DNA of 64,000 bases from an uncultured virus (IMG/VR IMGVR_UViG_3300037312_001617) (IMGVR_UViG_3300037312_001617:1-64000), one strand, 5' to 3'. Shown: positions 30,541-41,996, numbered from the stretch's first letter. A program made the numbers and translations. The notes: generated by a model not told the origin, from the sequence alone.

Positions 30541-33500
30541 ATGTCGATTAAAGTCTTTAATAAAGAGAAAAAGGAATGGGAAAAGAAAACGTCTATGTTG
30601 GCCAATAACCTGAAGTTTGAAGATGTAGAAGGGAACTTCGAATCGGAGAACGTAGGAGGAGCCTTCAAGGAAGTAGCTGAATCCATTAAAACGATAAAGA
30701 ACGATGTAAAGTACATCTATGAAAACGGAACAATCGGCGGCGGCAGCGGCGGTGGAGGCGGAGGAGCTTCCACTCCTGTCGTAACCATTGACGGAGCAAC
30801 AGATTATCTCGTTAATTCGGATGAGACGCTAGATATCTACTATTATTTTACTTCTCCGAATCCAGGTAACGGAGAAGCCAACCTGACATGGGGCAGCAAA
30901 ATCGAAAAACCGACCATTCCGCAAGGACGAAACAAATGGACAGTTGGTCCGTTTCCTCGAGGAACACATAACCTGACAATTACAGTCTTAGATAAACAAG
31001 GTTTTTTTAGTACACCTGTTACTGTTAAGGTTATCTCGGGTTCCCTTGCTATTACGTCTCCTTTTAGCGATAGCAAGGATTTCACACTGAATGATGACAT
31101 CGCCATCCCCTATACGGTTCTCACAGAAGTAAATGAATCCGTCTTGTTGGAATATACATTCAACGGAGTGACAACAACCGTTGGTGCTAATATTGGGGAC
31201 AATGTACTGAATCTCGGGAAACTTCCTTTCATGGGGATCAGCTCATTGCGGATGAAGGTTAAAAATACTAAATATACCTCTAATGAACTGAAATATACGT
31301 TGGTAGCGACCGACTCATTGAACCTATTCATGAGTACGAGCTGGGATAAGCCAACCATAGACGTCGGTAAGAACATTCAGCTCGACTACCGAATTTCGAT
31401 GAAGGGGCAATACTCTTTCAATACCGACTACTATATAGATGGAGTCCTACTGACAACAGCGAAAACTTTCCCAGGTGTAAACTTCTGGAACGTGGGAACG
31501 AACATGAGTAAGGGACCGCATACCTTTAAAATCGTAACCACGACCGTTGACGGTGCCCACACTGCCGAATTGACGATTAACCTAGAAGTCGTTACTTCTG
31601 GTTATGAGCCTTATCAACCGGTGCGAACTGGCCTAATAGCGGAATTTGATGCTACAGGTAAAATCAATAACAGTTCAACCCAGGCGAAATGGGAGGATAC
31701 AAGCGGAAAAGGAGTCACATGTAACCTATATAACTTCAACTATTTCTCGAATGGATGGATCGATAATACACTGGTTTGCTCTGGTAAGTCCTATGCAGAA
31801 ATCAATCTACAGCCGTTCCTTCAAGGGATAAAGAACGGTTTCACGCTTGATGTCCTGTGCAAGATCAAAAATGTTGGGGATGTGGAAGCGAGGGTACTTA
31901 GCTGTAAGGCGCCACTCACTCCTTTCCAAGGTTTTGAAATTACACCGTCTTCCGCTTCCATAGCCACTAAACGAAGTGAAATGGTGAGTGTTCAATTGCA
32001 AGATGACACTTGGACGAAAATTACGTATGTGGTGAATCGAACCGACCGATTGATGACGATTTATGAAAATGGAGTTATCTCGGCTGTTACCTATTTACAG
32101 CCAAATGATATTAACCTAGAAAACTATCAAGATGAATTCACCTTTGATGGCAAGATTTATGTGGGTGCTAGAAAAGATCCTGACGGGAAAATGGTCAACT
32201 TCTCTGTTTCAGCCGTCAAAAACATCCGTGTTTACGACCGTGCCTTGACGGATGCCGATGTTTTAACCAACTACATCGCGGACTTTAAGGATGAAACCGA
32301 ACAAACAGCGTTACGTGACTTGAATTCGAATGATGAAGGGATGCCGAAGATCACCTTTACCGGTAAGTTTGACGGGATGGATGAAAACTCAGAACGTCAG
32401 GCGCAAATCTCCTATGAAGACCCGAAAAACCCTAACAAGCGTTTTGTTAAAGACTTCTGCTGGGTCAGCTGGCAGGGGACGTCCTCCAAAAACTATCCGG
32501 TAAAAAACTGGACAATCAAGTTGATGGATGGAGCCGTACCAACCACCAACTATGCACCGAAGGATGAGTGGAGGCCGGAGAGTCGTTGGACATTAAAGGC
32601 AAACTTCATGGATAGTTCCAATGCCAATAACGTTGGCACCAACAAATTTATCTATGATTTCTTCAAGCCATATCCATATCCGAACCAGGTAAAAGATCCA
32701 ACAACCCGGATGAACGTAGATGGATTCCCTGTACGTCTTATCATGAATGGGCAGGACATGGGGATTTACACATGGAACATTGACCGTTATGCCAACAATA
32801 ACTATGGATTTGAAACGTTCAATGCCGATGGAACCATCAGCCGACACCCAAATGCGGTCTCTTATGAGGTTGCCGTAAACGGAACTTCCGGTGCTGCCGC
32901 GTTCATGGACGATTCATGGGATAGTGTTCGGTCCGAATTTAAGAGCCGTTATAACTATCGTGGTGAAGAATCCGCCGTGACGGAAACGGTACTCGTTGAT
33001 GGTATTGGCACCAAAGTTTTGAAGACGGGTTCTCATAATGAATTGCAGACCTTGGTGACATGGGTTAAAAACAGCACTGACGACACCTTCCGTTCCGAGT
33101 TGGAACAGCATTTTAGCAAACGTCACCTGATTGACTATTATTTGATTGCGTATGTACTGGGGATGGTTGATAACTTAGGGAAAAACATGGTATTGTCCAC
33201 TTGGGGTAAAAACAATGAAGGAAACACCATTTGGTATCCGTCCTTTTACGACTGTGACTCTTTATTCGGTTTGAACAACTCAGGAATCATTGCCTTCGAT
33301 GCAGGTCTTGATATGGATAAAGGGGATTACAATACATCTCGAAGCAATTTGTGGGTGAAATTAAACCGCATGTTCGGAAATGAAATTTCGGAACGCTATA
33401 AGGAGCTCCGCCAAAACAGAACGATAGATGGAAAAGATGCACCGCCGATTTTCAGTTATGAGAATATCACTTCTTATGTCATGGATGAAGTTATTGATGG

Positions 33501-36500
33501 GATCGGCCAAAAATACTATAACCAAGATGCCCGCATCAAGTATTTGAACGAAGCAGGTTTACAATGGTTATATGCGTGTAACGGTTCGAGAAAGGAATTT
33601 ACGGAAAGATGGCTGAAGGAACGCTTTATTTATATGGACAGCGTTTTTGGATTCAATCAGGAAGTAAATAATAACGCCGTTATTCGTTCCTATAAGAGAG
33701 GACAACTTACTCTGAAAGTAAAAACCTACTCTCCTCAATGGATTCAAATCCGTTTCTCGGATGCCACCAATGACATCATGAGAAAGTATTGTGATAAGGA
33801 TGAATGGACCGAGTTCTCGATGTACGTTGATAATGGTACAGATAACAATATGACGGTCTATGGATGCAGCAACGTTATGTATCTCGATGGATTGAAGGAT
33901 TTGGACGTTCGTTCGCTCAACCTTGGTAATGCTAGAAAACTCGTTGAGCTGGACATCAGCAATTCCACAAGGATTCAGTCCATTTCACTCGGACAAAACG
34001 AATATCTGCAAAAAGTTTTGGTCAACGGATGTACTAACTTAGGTTATCAGGTTGATGATAAAACATTGGATCTATCCCGATGTACGACACTGAAAGAAAT
34101 CGATGCCAGCAATACTCATATTGCGAACGTCGTCTTTAACCAAACGGGTGGGGTAATCGAGAAATTAAATTTATCGAATACCGATATCACCGCCTTCAAG
34201 ATTAACGGTCAGGAATATCTGCCAGTGATTTCTTTAGATGGATGCTTATCGTTGGCTGAACTAACCATCACGAATTGTAACGGACTTCAAACCGTGACAA
34301 TGGCGAACACCAAACTCGCAAGTGTCGTCATCAATGGTTGCGATAATCTGACCTATATTGACGTTTCTAATACCAAGTCACTGCGAGCGTTGGATTTAAG
34401 CGGATGTCCGAACTTGCTGACATTAAAGATGGCAGGTGTCTCGAATCCGAGTATCACGGATCTCGATTTGACTTATTCTCTGAAATTGCAAGAATTGGAT
34501 ATTAGTTCGACCAACTATATCTCGAATGTCACGTTCGGTCAGTATACCGAAGGCGGAGTATTGAAGAATTACAATGCGCTCAAAATTTTCAGATGCGATA
34601 ACTCTGCCATCAAATCGATTAAGTATGGAAAAGCATCCCTTGCTCCGACTTACATGGATTTGGGAGGATTAAGTTTAACGTATCTTAGTTTCACCGGCTG
34701 TTCGAGTGTAACGGATATTCGAAACATTAATCTCGTTTCCACTAATGAGGATCCGTTCAACAACTGTACGAACCTTACCTCCATTCAAGGAACGGTTAAA
34801 CTAGTTGGCAGCACAAGCCGTGCGTTCTTCGGATGCGGCAATTTAACGGTACTACCTACTTTGGATTTATCGGAAATGTCCAGTATGTCCGAAACGTTTT
34901 TAGGATGTGTGAAATTAACAATGGCAAGCCTCACTCAGATTTTAGTGAACTCAGGAATCACGAGCAAGTTCACCTATGCTTGGAAGGCTTTTGGTGGATG
35001 TACTGGAATTACCGGACCTTTGCCTAGCAATCTATTTAGTAAATGCACAGGAATGGGGAACCTTCAGGAATTCTTCACTGGATGTACTGGGATAAACGGA
35101 ACATTGCCTGCTGGGTTAATGCAACCTATGACGGTTTTAACGAATGCCAGTTATTTATTTTCAGGCACTAGTATTACCGGAGAAGTTCCGATGGACTTCC
35201 TTCGTTACAACACGAAATTAACTGAAGTCGGTAGGATGTTTAATGGCACGAAAGTTACGTATGCTTATTTGGATAATCTCTTCTATTACAATACAGCATT
35301 AAACGGTGCCTACGGGATGTTTGCAGGCTGTACTTCATTACAATTGACGCCGACAGAAAATATGTTTTTAATGAATAAACAGCTTACATCGGTAGGGCAA
35401 TTCTTTAACGGATGTTCAGGTGTTGTTGGTCAAATCCCAAGAGGAATATTCAACAACATCGGAGGAAGCAATTCCACCTCCAATAACTTAAACAACGTGG
35501 AATGGTTCTTTGCGGGAACCTCCATAAGTGGAGAAATCCCGGCTTATGTGTCTGATTCTGACAAAGGAATGCTAGATAAAAGTCCTAATTTAGATTCAGC
35601 GCAATATTTGTTCCAGAATTGTACTGGTTTAACAGGTTCCATTCCGACCGATTTCTTGAAAAACAACAAAAAATTAACCAAAATAGCTGGTTTATTTTAT
35701 GGATGCAATGGTTTGACTGGAGTAATTCCGCCGAATTTATTAAAAGGGAAAACAGAAGTATGGACCATTGCTCAGTTGTTTAGAGGATGTAATAAACTAT
35801 CAGGAAACATCCCTATCGGATTTTTAGATGACAATACGAAATTGACGGATGTTCAAGAAATGTTCTACGGATGCAGTGGCTTAACAGGAGAGATTCCAAA
35901 ACGGATTTCTACTTGGAGCAAGGCACCTAGTCCACTAGACCCGAATATTCTAATTGATGTCGAAAATGTCACTCAGTATGGCTTGTTTGATAAATGTACA
36001 AATCTCGTGAACATGTCGGCTGTTTTTTACCAATGTAAACAATTACGTTCGGAGATTCCACCTACCTTGTTCATGAACGCTTCTAAAGTAGTGAATATGT
36101 CGAGCATGTTTTACCAGTGCTATTATTTATACGGACCACTTGATAAGGATTTATTTATAAATTGTCGGGCAGTCCAAAATATGAATAATATGTTCCAGGA
36201 TTGTGTAGGATTAAATAATCCTGAACTCGATGTCGACCGACCATACGCCTTGCCGGTGGAATTATTCCAAAACTGTTTTAACCTCACAACCGTTAGTTAT
36301 ATGTTCAGTATGGTCACCGTTGGCAATCCGAACCCTAGCCGTTTAAATGGGGCATTGCCGACGAACTTGTTCTCAAACTGTACGAAGCTTACCAATATTG
36401 ATGGATTTATGTATGGTTGTGGACAGATTACAGGTGCTTTAGAAAGTGATCTGTTCCGTATGAACACAAGACTCGCGAATGCTTTTTATGCTTTCAATGG

Positions 36501-36714
36501 TACAGGAATCACTTCCATCGGAAGTCAATTGTTCTTCACTTGTACGGTGCTCAAGAACCTATCCTTCACGTTTGCAAGCTGTACCTCTCTTCGTGGAGCG
36601 GTTCCAGAATACTGGCTGGAGTCCTGCCCAGTCAAAGCGACTACGTTTGCTGCTTGTTACCGTGGCGACACCGCGGTCACCAACTATGCTACAATTCTTG
36701 CAGGATGGAAATAA
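30541..36714 (+). CDS. Giant protein: Ig-like + LamG + CotH-like kinase + LRR + BspA/DUF285-like repeats
   Basis: QGTSSKNYP.KNW, LKANFMDSS, GIYTWN, DNLGKN, FYDCDS, RFIYMDS (CotH); IRVYDRAL (LamG); LxxLDLS and MFxGCxxLTGxIP repeats. Confidence 0.82.
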   Translation: MSIKVFNKEKKEWEKKTSMLANNLKFEDVEGNFESENVGGAFKEVAESIKTIKNDVKYIYENGTIGGGSGGGGGGASTPVVTIDGATDYLVNSDETLDIYYYFTSPNPGNGEANLTWGSKIEKPTIPQGRNKWTVGPFPRGTHNLTITVLDKQGFFSTPVTVKVISGSLAITSPFSDSKDFTLNDDIAIPYTVLTEVNESVLLEYTFNGVTTTVGANIGDNVLNLGKLPFMGISSLRMKVKNTKYTSNELKYTLVATDSLNLFMSTSWDKPTIDVGKNIQLDYRISMKGQYSFNTDYYIDGVLLTTAKTFPGVNFWNVGTNMSKGPHTFKIVTTTVDGAHTAELTINLEVVTSGYEPYQPVRTGLIAEFDATGKINNSSTQAKWEDTSGKGVTCNLYNFNYFSNGWIDNTLVCSGKSYAEINLQPFLQGIKNGFTLDVLCKIKNVGDVEARVLSCKAPLTPFQGFEITPSSASIATKRSEMVSVQLQDDTWTKITYVVNRTDRLMTIYENGVISAVTYLQPNDINLENYQDEFTFDGKIYVGARKDPDGKMVNFSVSAVKNIRVYDRALTDADVLTNYIADFKDETEQTALRDLNSNDEGMPKITFTGKFDGMDENSERQAQISYEDPKNPNKRFVKDFCWVSWQGTSSKNYPVKNWTIKLMDGAVPTTNYAPKDEWRPESRWTLKANFMDSSNANNVGTNKFIYDFFKPYPYPNQVKDPTTRMNVDGFPVRLIMNGQDMGIYTWNIDRYANNNYGFETFNADGTISRHPNAVSYEVAVNGTSGAAAFMDDSWDSVRSEFKSRYNYRGEESAVTETVLVDGIGTKVLKTGSHNELQTLVTWVKNSTDDTFRSELEQHFSKRHLIDYYLIAYVLGMVDNLGKNMVLSTWGKNNEGNTIWYPSFYDCDSLFGLNNSGIIAFDAGLDMDKGDYNTSRSNLWVKLNRMFGNEISERYKELRQNRTIDGKDAPPIFSYENITSYVMDEVIDGIGQKYYNQDARIKYLNEAGLQWLYACNGSRKEFTERWLKERFIYMDSVFGFNQEVNNNAVIRSYKRGQLTLKVKTYSPQWIQIRFSDATNDIMRKYCDKDEWTEFSMYVDNGTDNNMTVYGCSNVMYLDGLKDLDVRSLNLGNARKLVELDISNSTRIQSISLGQNEYLQKVLVNGCTNLGYQVDDKTLDLSRCTTLKEIDASNTHIANVVFNQTGGVIEKLNLSNTDITAFKINGQEYLPVISLDGCLSLAELTITNCNGLQTVTMANTKLASVVINGCDNLTYIDVSNTKSLRALDLSGCPNLLTLKMAGVSNPSITDLDLTYSLKLQELDISSTNYISNVTFGQYTEGGVLKNYNALKIFRCDNSAIKSIKYGKASLAPTYMDLGGLSLTYLSFTGCSSVTDIRNINLVSTNEDPFNNCTNLTSIQGTVKLVGSTSRAFFGCGNLTVLPTLDLSEMSSMSETFLGCVKLTMASLTQILVNSGITSKFTYAWKAFGGCTGITGPLPSNLFSKCTGMGNLQEFFTGCTGINGTLPAGLMQPMTVLTNASYLFSGTSITGEVPMDFLRYNTKLTEVGRMFNGTKVTYAYLDNLFYYNTALNGAYGMFAGCTSLQLTPTENMFLMNKQLTSVGQFFNGCSGVVGQIPRGIFNNIGGSNSTSNNLNNVEWFFAGTSISGEIPAYVSDSDKGMLDKSPNLDSAQYLFQNCTGLTGSIPTDFLKNNKKLTKIAGLFYGCNGLTGVIPPNLLKGKTEVWTIAQLFRGCNKLSGNIPIGFLDDNTKLTDVQEMFYGCSGLTGEIPKRISTWSKAPSPLDPNILIDVENVTQYGLFDKCTNLVNMSAVFYQCKQLRSEIPPTLFMNASKVVNMSSMFYQCYYLYGPLDKDLFINCRAVQNMNNMFQDCVGLNNPELDVDRPYALPVELFQNCFNLTTVSYMFSMVTVGNPNPSRLNGALPTNLFSNCTKLTNIDGFMYGCGQITGALESDLFRMNTRLANAFYAFNGTGITSIGSQLFFTCTVLKNLSFTFASCTSLRGAVPEYWLESCPVKATTFAACYRGDTAVTNYATILAGWK

Positions 36715-36747
36715 AAAAGGAGATCCCTTCGGGGATCTCTTTTTTTA
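36715..36747 (+). terminator. Intrinsic terminator
   Basis: GAGATCCC-ttcg-GGGATCTC + T-run. Confidence 0.85.
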
Positions 36748-37009
36748 TACAATTATGCATTTAGTATATTATTAAACTGCACAAATAGAAAACTATCACT
36801 TTACTTAAAGGTCCCTTTACATAATGTTCCTCAATACGTGATTCTGCGAAAAAAAATATCGAATTGGTCTATTTCAAACAAAATTCCCTCAACATTTCCC
36901 AGTTTCATATAAAAAAGATGACATAATGAATAGCACAAAAGTCCCACAAGGTAGGTAAAATAACCTATAATGAATGTAAGTTTGTATTTATAAAGGAGGA
37001 ATTGTAATC

Positions 37010-37414
37010 ATGGCCGGTTCAATGACAGATTACTTAGAAAATAAGATTCTCGAACATTCATTAGGAAAAACTTCTTTCTCTATGCCTGCTGGATGCTATA
37101 TCGCATTATTCACAGCGTCTCCAACAGATGCAGGCGGAGGTACAGAAGTATCGACTGCATCTACAGGTTATGCTCGTCAGCAAGTATTAGCTGCTGGTTG
37201 GGGTTCTGCTACAGGCGGATCCATCACAAATGCGGCTGACATCACGTTTCCGGTTGCGACAGCTTCTTGGAACACGATTACTGCCATTGGCATTTTTGAT
37301 GCGGTATCAGGTGGCAACATGCTTTGGTGGGGAACACTTGGGACTTCTAAAGCAATTGCTCAGAACGACCAGTTCAAAATTGCTGCTTCTAACTTAACAA
37401 TCACACTAGACTAA
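37010..37414 (+). CDS. Phage fibre/structural protein
   Basis: YLENKIL..YIALFTASP...EVS...YARQ...N...ITFP.AT..W..I...GIFDA..GGN family motif. Confidence 0.75.
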   Translation: MAGSMTDYLENKILEHSLGKTSFSMPAGCYIALFTASPTDAGGGTEVSTASTGYARQQVLAAGWGSATGGSITNAADITFPVATASWNTITAIGIFDAVSGGNMLWWGTLGTSKAIAQNDQFKIAASNLTITLD

Positions 37415-37481
37415 TAGAAATAAACGAAACAGCAATGGTCTTTATAGGCTGTTGCTGTTTTTATATGAGGAGGGACAGTAA

Positions 37482-37772
37482 ATGGCAGTAGGAGATGTAG
37501 TAACAGGACTTTCTTCCGTTGCGGCAAGTGGAACATTGGATATAAAGCCAGCTTCCGGAGTGGAGTGGGTGATTCATAATATTTATTATAACCAGGGGAC
37601 TGTTGAGTTTTATAAAACAGACGGGACGAATCTATTAAAATTTGATTCTGACTCTACTTTTGGAGGAAGGTTAGGCGTTGTGTTCCATTGTACGAATAGC
37701 CAATGGATTCAAATCAAGAATACGGCAGCGAGTGCAACCTTGATTGGATACGACGGGGTGCAAACGAAATGA
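37482..37772 (+). CDS. Small beta-sandwich structural protein
   Basis: GAGGAGG RBS; beta-rich composition. Confidence 0.65.
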   Translation: MAVGDVVTGLSSVAASGTLDIKPASGVEWVIHNIYYNQGTVEFYKTDGTNLLKFDSDSTFGGRLGVVFHCTNSQWIQIKNTAASATLIGYDGVQTK

Positions 37773-37808
37773 CAAGATTAATATCTATGCATAGTGAGGT
37801 GGTTGAAG

Positions 37809-38636
37809 GTGACTGTATTATGGGGTGACACAGGAAAAGCGGCCGTTGGACCATTAAAAACCTTTACTATTACACAGGCAACACCACGAGAAGATTTTTT
37901 TAACAATAATCCGTCGGCCACCTATTTCACTACAAACATGCCGACTGCTCAAACTGCAGGTATCGGGGCAACTTTTACAGTCCAGACGAGTGATTTCCCT
38001 ACCTTATCGCCTGTCTTTGACTGTAAGTACACCGCCTTTGTCGTAGTCAGTGGAAAAAACAACTCAGGAAACACTGTTACGATATCTCATCAGCCGTTTA
38101 AAAACGGAACCAGTGTTACTACGGCACAAACGCAAACCGGTGTAACAGCAGCGCAATTTTGGACCACTACCGTTTTTCGTTTTTATGATGTGCAAGTTGG
38201 GGATGTGTTGAATGTTCAAGTCTGGGCTAGTCTGGCCAATGTTTCCTTCGATTATTGCGCTTTGTTCATTTATCCGACTAGATTGCAGTTATCAAAAAAT
38301 GGAACGGCATTAAAAGATTTAACCTTATCTAATATTCAAAGCAGTACGTTGTTAACGACTGCAACCACTCCAGTGGACAGCAGCGCACTGAATGCCGGTG
38401 TTAATAATCAAGTTTACTACCTCTATCTCATGAACAATACAGGACAAATAGTAAGCACTAATGCAAGCGGAACGCTTACTATTCCGTTTTGGAATTTTGA
38501 TTCCAGTTATGGACTGTTAAGGGCAAACAACGGGGATACCACTTTAAGTCAATATTATGGAGCGCATTCTTCTAACCGTTATTATTCAAAACTAGCCCTT
38601 CCACAAACAGTCTCGTTCCGGGAAGTCTCGTTTTAA
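37809..38636 (+). CDS. Thr-rich structural protein
   Basis: GTG start after GAGGTGG; within structural cluster. Confidence 0.65.
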   Translation: MTVLWGDTGKAAVGPLKTFTITQATPREDFFNNNPSATYFTTNMPTAQTAGIGATFTVQTSDFPTLSPVFDCKYTAFVVVSGKNNSGNTVTISHQPFKNGTSVTTAQTQTGVTAAQFWTTTVFRFYDVQVGDVLNVQVWASLANVSFDYCALFIYPTRLQLSKNGTALKDLTLSNIQSSTLLTTATTPVDSSALNAGVNNQVYYLYLMNNTGQIVSTNASGTLTIPFWNFDSSYGLLRANNGDTTLSQYYGAHSSNRYYSKLALPQTVSFREVSF

Positions 38637-38669
38637 AAAAAATATAGGGCAAAAAGGTGGTGAAAGCTT

Positions 38670-41489
38670 ATGCCTATTACAGCTAGAGGTCTATGGACTT
38701 CGAATCGATTAGACGAGCGAGGGCGGTTTATATTCGGAAGTTTGGATGAACGCGGACAAACTGTAGCGGGAACTTCCACTGGAGCTGCGACTAATCCTGT
38801 TTTTGGGACAGTATCTCTTAATCCCAATCCTAGTGGATTGACTGTTACTGCCAGTGTTATTAAATTAACCCCTATGGCAAGCATTGATGGCGGAAGTTTT
38901 TTAAACACCCAGTTTACTTCTACTATTGATGGCGGTGCTTACCAAACAACGCAATTTAATTCCGTTAAGGATGGGGGCGTCTTTAGACTGATCGACGGAG
39001 GAATATTTAACAATTCCGTTACTACTAACACCATAGATGGAGGTGCCTTTACCGATACAACCGTAAGTAATACGAGGGATGGCGGTGCCTTTACATCTTC
39101 ACCTTCTCCTTCTAAAGATTCGGATATCAATGGAGGTGATTTTGCAGATCCGCAGGATTCCTCCGTCGATGCTGGTGGTTTCACGGATACTCAAAACTCT
39201 TCGATTGATGGCGGTGCCTTTACGGATATTTCTTCGGTTTCGATAGGGGCAAGTTCGACCGTTACTGCAAATGGAAGGTCGATTCTAACATCTTCGGTTA
39301 CGATTACTGATTTAAGTTCTCTTGTTGTTCAACCAAGTTCGGTTCCTTCTAGTGTTTCCATAAATGCTAATACGCAGGTAACCACTTATGGAGCTGCTAT
39401 CCAACAATCCTTTGTTTCCATAAGTGCTGGTACAACTATCACATCGATTGGAAACACGATACAAAATTCGTCTATATCTATTACGGCATCAGGTTCTCTC
39501 GTCTCTCAAGGAAGTTTGGTGGGAACAACAACCAATATTCTTGATGGAGGTTCTTTTAAAAATTATGTCAGCACGAACACCGTCGATGGCGGATCCTTTA
39601 CCAATACAACCGTAAGTAACACACGAGATGGCGGGGTCTTTACGTCTTTACCTTCTCCTTCTACGGGTTCCGACGTTGACGGTGGTGACTTTACTAGCCC
39701 TAACGACTCCTCAATTGATGGCGGTAATTTTACCAATCAAAATGATTCTGCTATCGATGGTGGTAATTTTGTTGATTACACCATTGTAATCAATGGCCGT
39801 TCTACTTTGATTGTATCGGGTTCTGTTTCTTCATTAGGGACGATAGATGGAGGGAACTTTGATGATCCGTCATACGATACCGTCATCGACGGTGGAAGTC
39901 CTGATGACACCGCATATGATTTTATCATTGATGGAGGAACGTTGGACTCTATTTTTATAAGTTCGCTTTCTTCGTTAAGTGCTAAGGGTGCCGGTGTTTT
40001 AACAGGACACGTTTCAATTTCCTCCGTTGGAAATGTCGTTGGAGGTATCGCTTCATCAACCCCTGTTTCCATTGAGATTGACCCTTTACCATCGAAGGTG
40101 TTCGTAACAGGAACTGTAATCAAAAAGGGAACCATTTCTTCTTCCGGAGCAGGTACCGTTGTGGTCAGCGCCGTGGGTGAATCGGTCGTTAAAACAGTCT
40201 TGTCAGGACCGATTGCGATAAATGCATCGAGTTCAACCCAGTCCTATGGAACGATTGATGGACAAGTATCCGCTTTAATTTTTGGAACTGGATTAGTCAT
40301 GGCGGGTGGAAACGTCATTTCGTCATCCGCTGTGATCACCAGCAATTCATCCAGTACGGTAACATTGTCCGCAATTTGTATGGCATTAGGTAATGTTTCA
40401 TCTTTCGGAACCGGAGTGGTGACAACAAACGGAAAAATCAAGGCGGTTTCAGATATCATTTCCATTACCTCAACAAGTGCAGCAACTCCATCGGGAATCT
40501 TGATCACAAAAGGTTCTGGCTCCACTTCCGGAATAAGTTCTGTCAGTGCTAATGGAAATGTAATTGCTGGTACCGGTGCTTCTATCGCGGCGTCAAGTGC
40601 GGTCACATCATCTTCTAGATATATTGCATCTGGAACGGCGTTGCCTGCGGGCAAGAGTAACCTTACGACTGAAGAAGGAACAGTATCTTTATCAGGTCCA
40701 CTCCCTATTCATGCGTCTAGTGTGTTAACAGCCTCCGCGTTCATAGTTGCTAAAAATACTGTTTCTTGTTCTGGCAAAGGAAATTTATCTGTTGTAGGCG
40801 ATAGGGTCGCGATCGCGCCTTCGTTCACTTTTAATGGAAAAAGTAACATAAGCATTTCTCAAATATTGACGAGACCGGCCAACGCTTCGGTTTCAAGCAA
40901 TGGCACCGTAACCGCCATTGGTAGAGTCATAAAGAGCGGAGCGATCGGCGTCAATGCTCAGGGAACGAGTACGAATGAAATCAATGGCTTTGTTATCTTA
41001 GGCGGAATCGTGAAGTTAACGGATACAAGTAGAGTGGATAGCATTCCAATCGCTGTCCGCCTAAGCGGTTCATCGTTGAAATCGGGGGCTTCTCTGACCC
41101 TATCGTTCAACGGGGTGAGACTGGCACAGGCTTCTTTTGCGGCAACGAGCTCGATTGCTGCCAACGATATCCGAATTCGTAGAGAAGGCTCAGCTGTTAA
41201 TGGTGTTACTTCTGTTGAGATAGAAGCGATCCGAAGGACACTTAATACGGTCTTATTCGGTGGACAAACGGGAGTGACCGTTAATGGATTTACGACAACC
41301 AGAAGCAAAATCCTATTAGACTCTAAATCTTCTTTACGGACCAACGGTGGAAAAACAACTCCGGTTGATGTGGTCATCTCTGCTAAAGGCGACGTAAACC
41401 TATTCATTGGCGACAAAATTATTGGGGAAGTGAATCTTGAAGGAAATGTCGCTGGCAGTGTGAGTTTTTCGGGGATTCTAAAAAATTAA
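38670..41489 (+). CDS. Ser/Thr/Gly-rich fibre/scaffold protein with about 18 (I/V)DGGxF motifs
   Basis: Two DGG clusters derived from a ~78-aa internal duplication, followed by long beta-strand repeats. Confidence 0.75.
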   Translation: MPITARGLWTSNRLDERGRFIFGSLDERGQTVAGTSTGAATNPVFGTVSLNPNPSGLTVTASVIKLTPMASIDGGSFLNTQFTSTIDGGAYQTTQFNSVKDGGVFRLIDGGIFNNSVTTNTIDGGAFTDTTVSNTRDGGAFTSSPSPSKDSDINGGDFADPQDSSVDAGGFTDTQNSSIDGGAFTDISSVSIGASSTVTANGRSILTSSVTITDLSSLVVQPSSVPSSVSINANTQVTTYGAAIQQSFVSISAGTTITSIGNTIQNSSISITASGSLVSQGSLVGTTTNILDGGSFKNYVSTNTVDGGSFTNTTVSNTRDGGVFTSLPSPSTGSDVDGGDFTSPNDSSIDGGNFTNQNDSAIDGGNFVDYTIVINGRSTLIVSGSVSSLGTIDGGNFDDPSYDTVIDGGSPDDTAYDFIIDGGTLDSIFISSLSSLSAKGAGVLTGHVSISSVGNVVGGIASSTPVSIEIDPLPSKVFVTGTVIKKGTISSSGAGTVVVSAVGESVVKTVLSGPIAINASSSTQSYGTIDGQVSALIFGTGLVMAGGNVISSSAVITSNSSSTVTLSAICMALGNVSSFGTGVVTTNGKIKAVSDIISITSTSAATPSGILITKGSGSTSGISSVSANGNVIAGTGASIAASSAVTSSSRYIASGTALPAGKSNLTTEEGTVSLSGPLPIHASSVLTASAFIVAKNTVSCSGKGNLSVVGDRVAIAPSFTFNGKSNISISQILTRPANASVSSNGTVTAIGRVIKSGAIGVNAQGTSTNEINGFVILGGIVKLTDTSRVDSIPIAVRLSGSSLKSGASLTLSFNGVRLAQASFAATSSIAANDIRIRREGSAVNGVTSVEIEAIRRTLNTVLFGGQTGVTVNGFTTTRSKILLDSKSSLRTNGGKTTPVDVVISAKGDVNLFIGDKIIGEVNLEGNVAGSVSFSGILKN

Positions 41490-41602
41490 TAGACGACCTT
41501 TCAAAGGTCGTTTTTTTTTACCATTATCAATCTTTAAACGTGATAGAATAATAATTAATTAGGACTTTCGACCTATAAGGAGGAGGTAAAGGAGGGTGCT
41601 TT

Positions 41603-41956
41603 ATGACCAAGAAGAACCAGAACTTCTCAATGGTAGCGGGCGATACCATGTTAATCAATATTGGTGTGACCGATTCTAACGGAACCCCCATTAACTTAAC
41701 AGGATGTTCCATTACATGGATTGTCAAAAAGACAGTCAAAGCCCCTATCGTTTTGGTGACTAAAACGACGCAGGATGATATTGCAATTCGGGATGTCAGA
41801 AAAGGACTGTTTGTCGTAAAACTCAACAGCCAAGATACGGCGGGATTTGATGGTCGAATGTATCACGAAGCCAAAGTAAAAGATGCTTTCGGCGATGTAG
41901 CCACGGTTGCCACTGGTTTGATCACCTTCGTTCCGAGCGGAGCGGTGGCAACATGA
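41603..41956 (+). CDS. BppU-N-like Ig adaptor protein
   Basis: GDT....VTDSNGTPINLTG...L.SQDT....YHEA.V motif. Confidence 0.7.
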   Translation: MTKKNQNFSMVAGDTMLINIGVTDSNGTPINLTGCSITWIVKKTVKAPIVLVTKTTQDDIAIRDVRKGLFVVKLNSQDTAGFDGRMYHEAKVKDAFGDVATVATGLITFVPSGAVAT

Positions 41957-41996
41957 CGAGTCGACAATTACAAGTTCAATAGATGGAGGGATTCTA

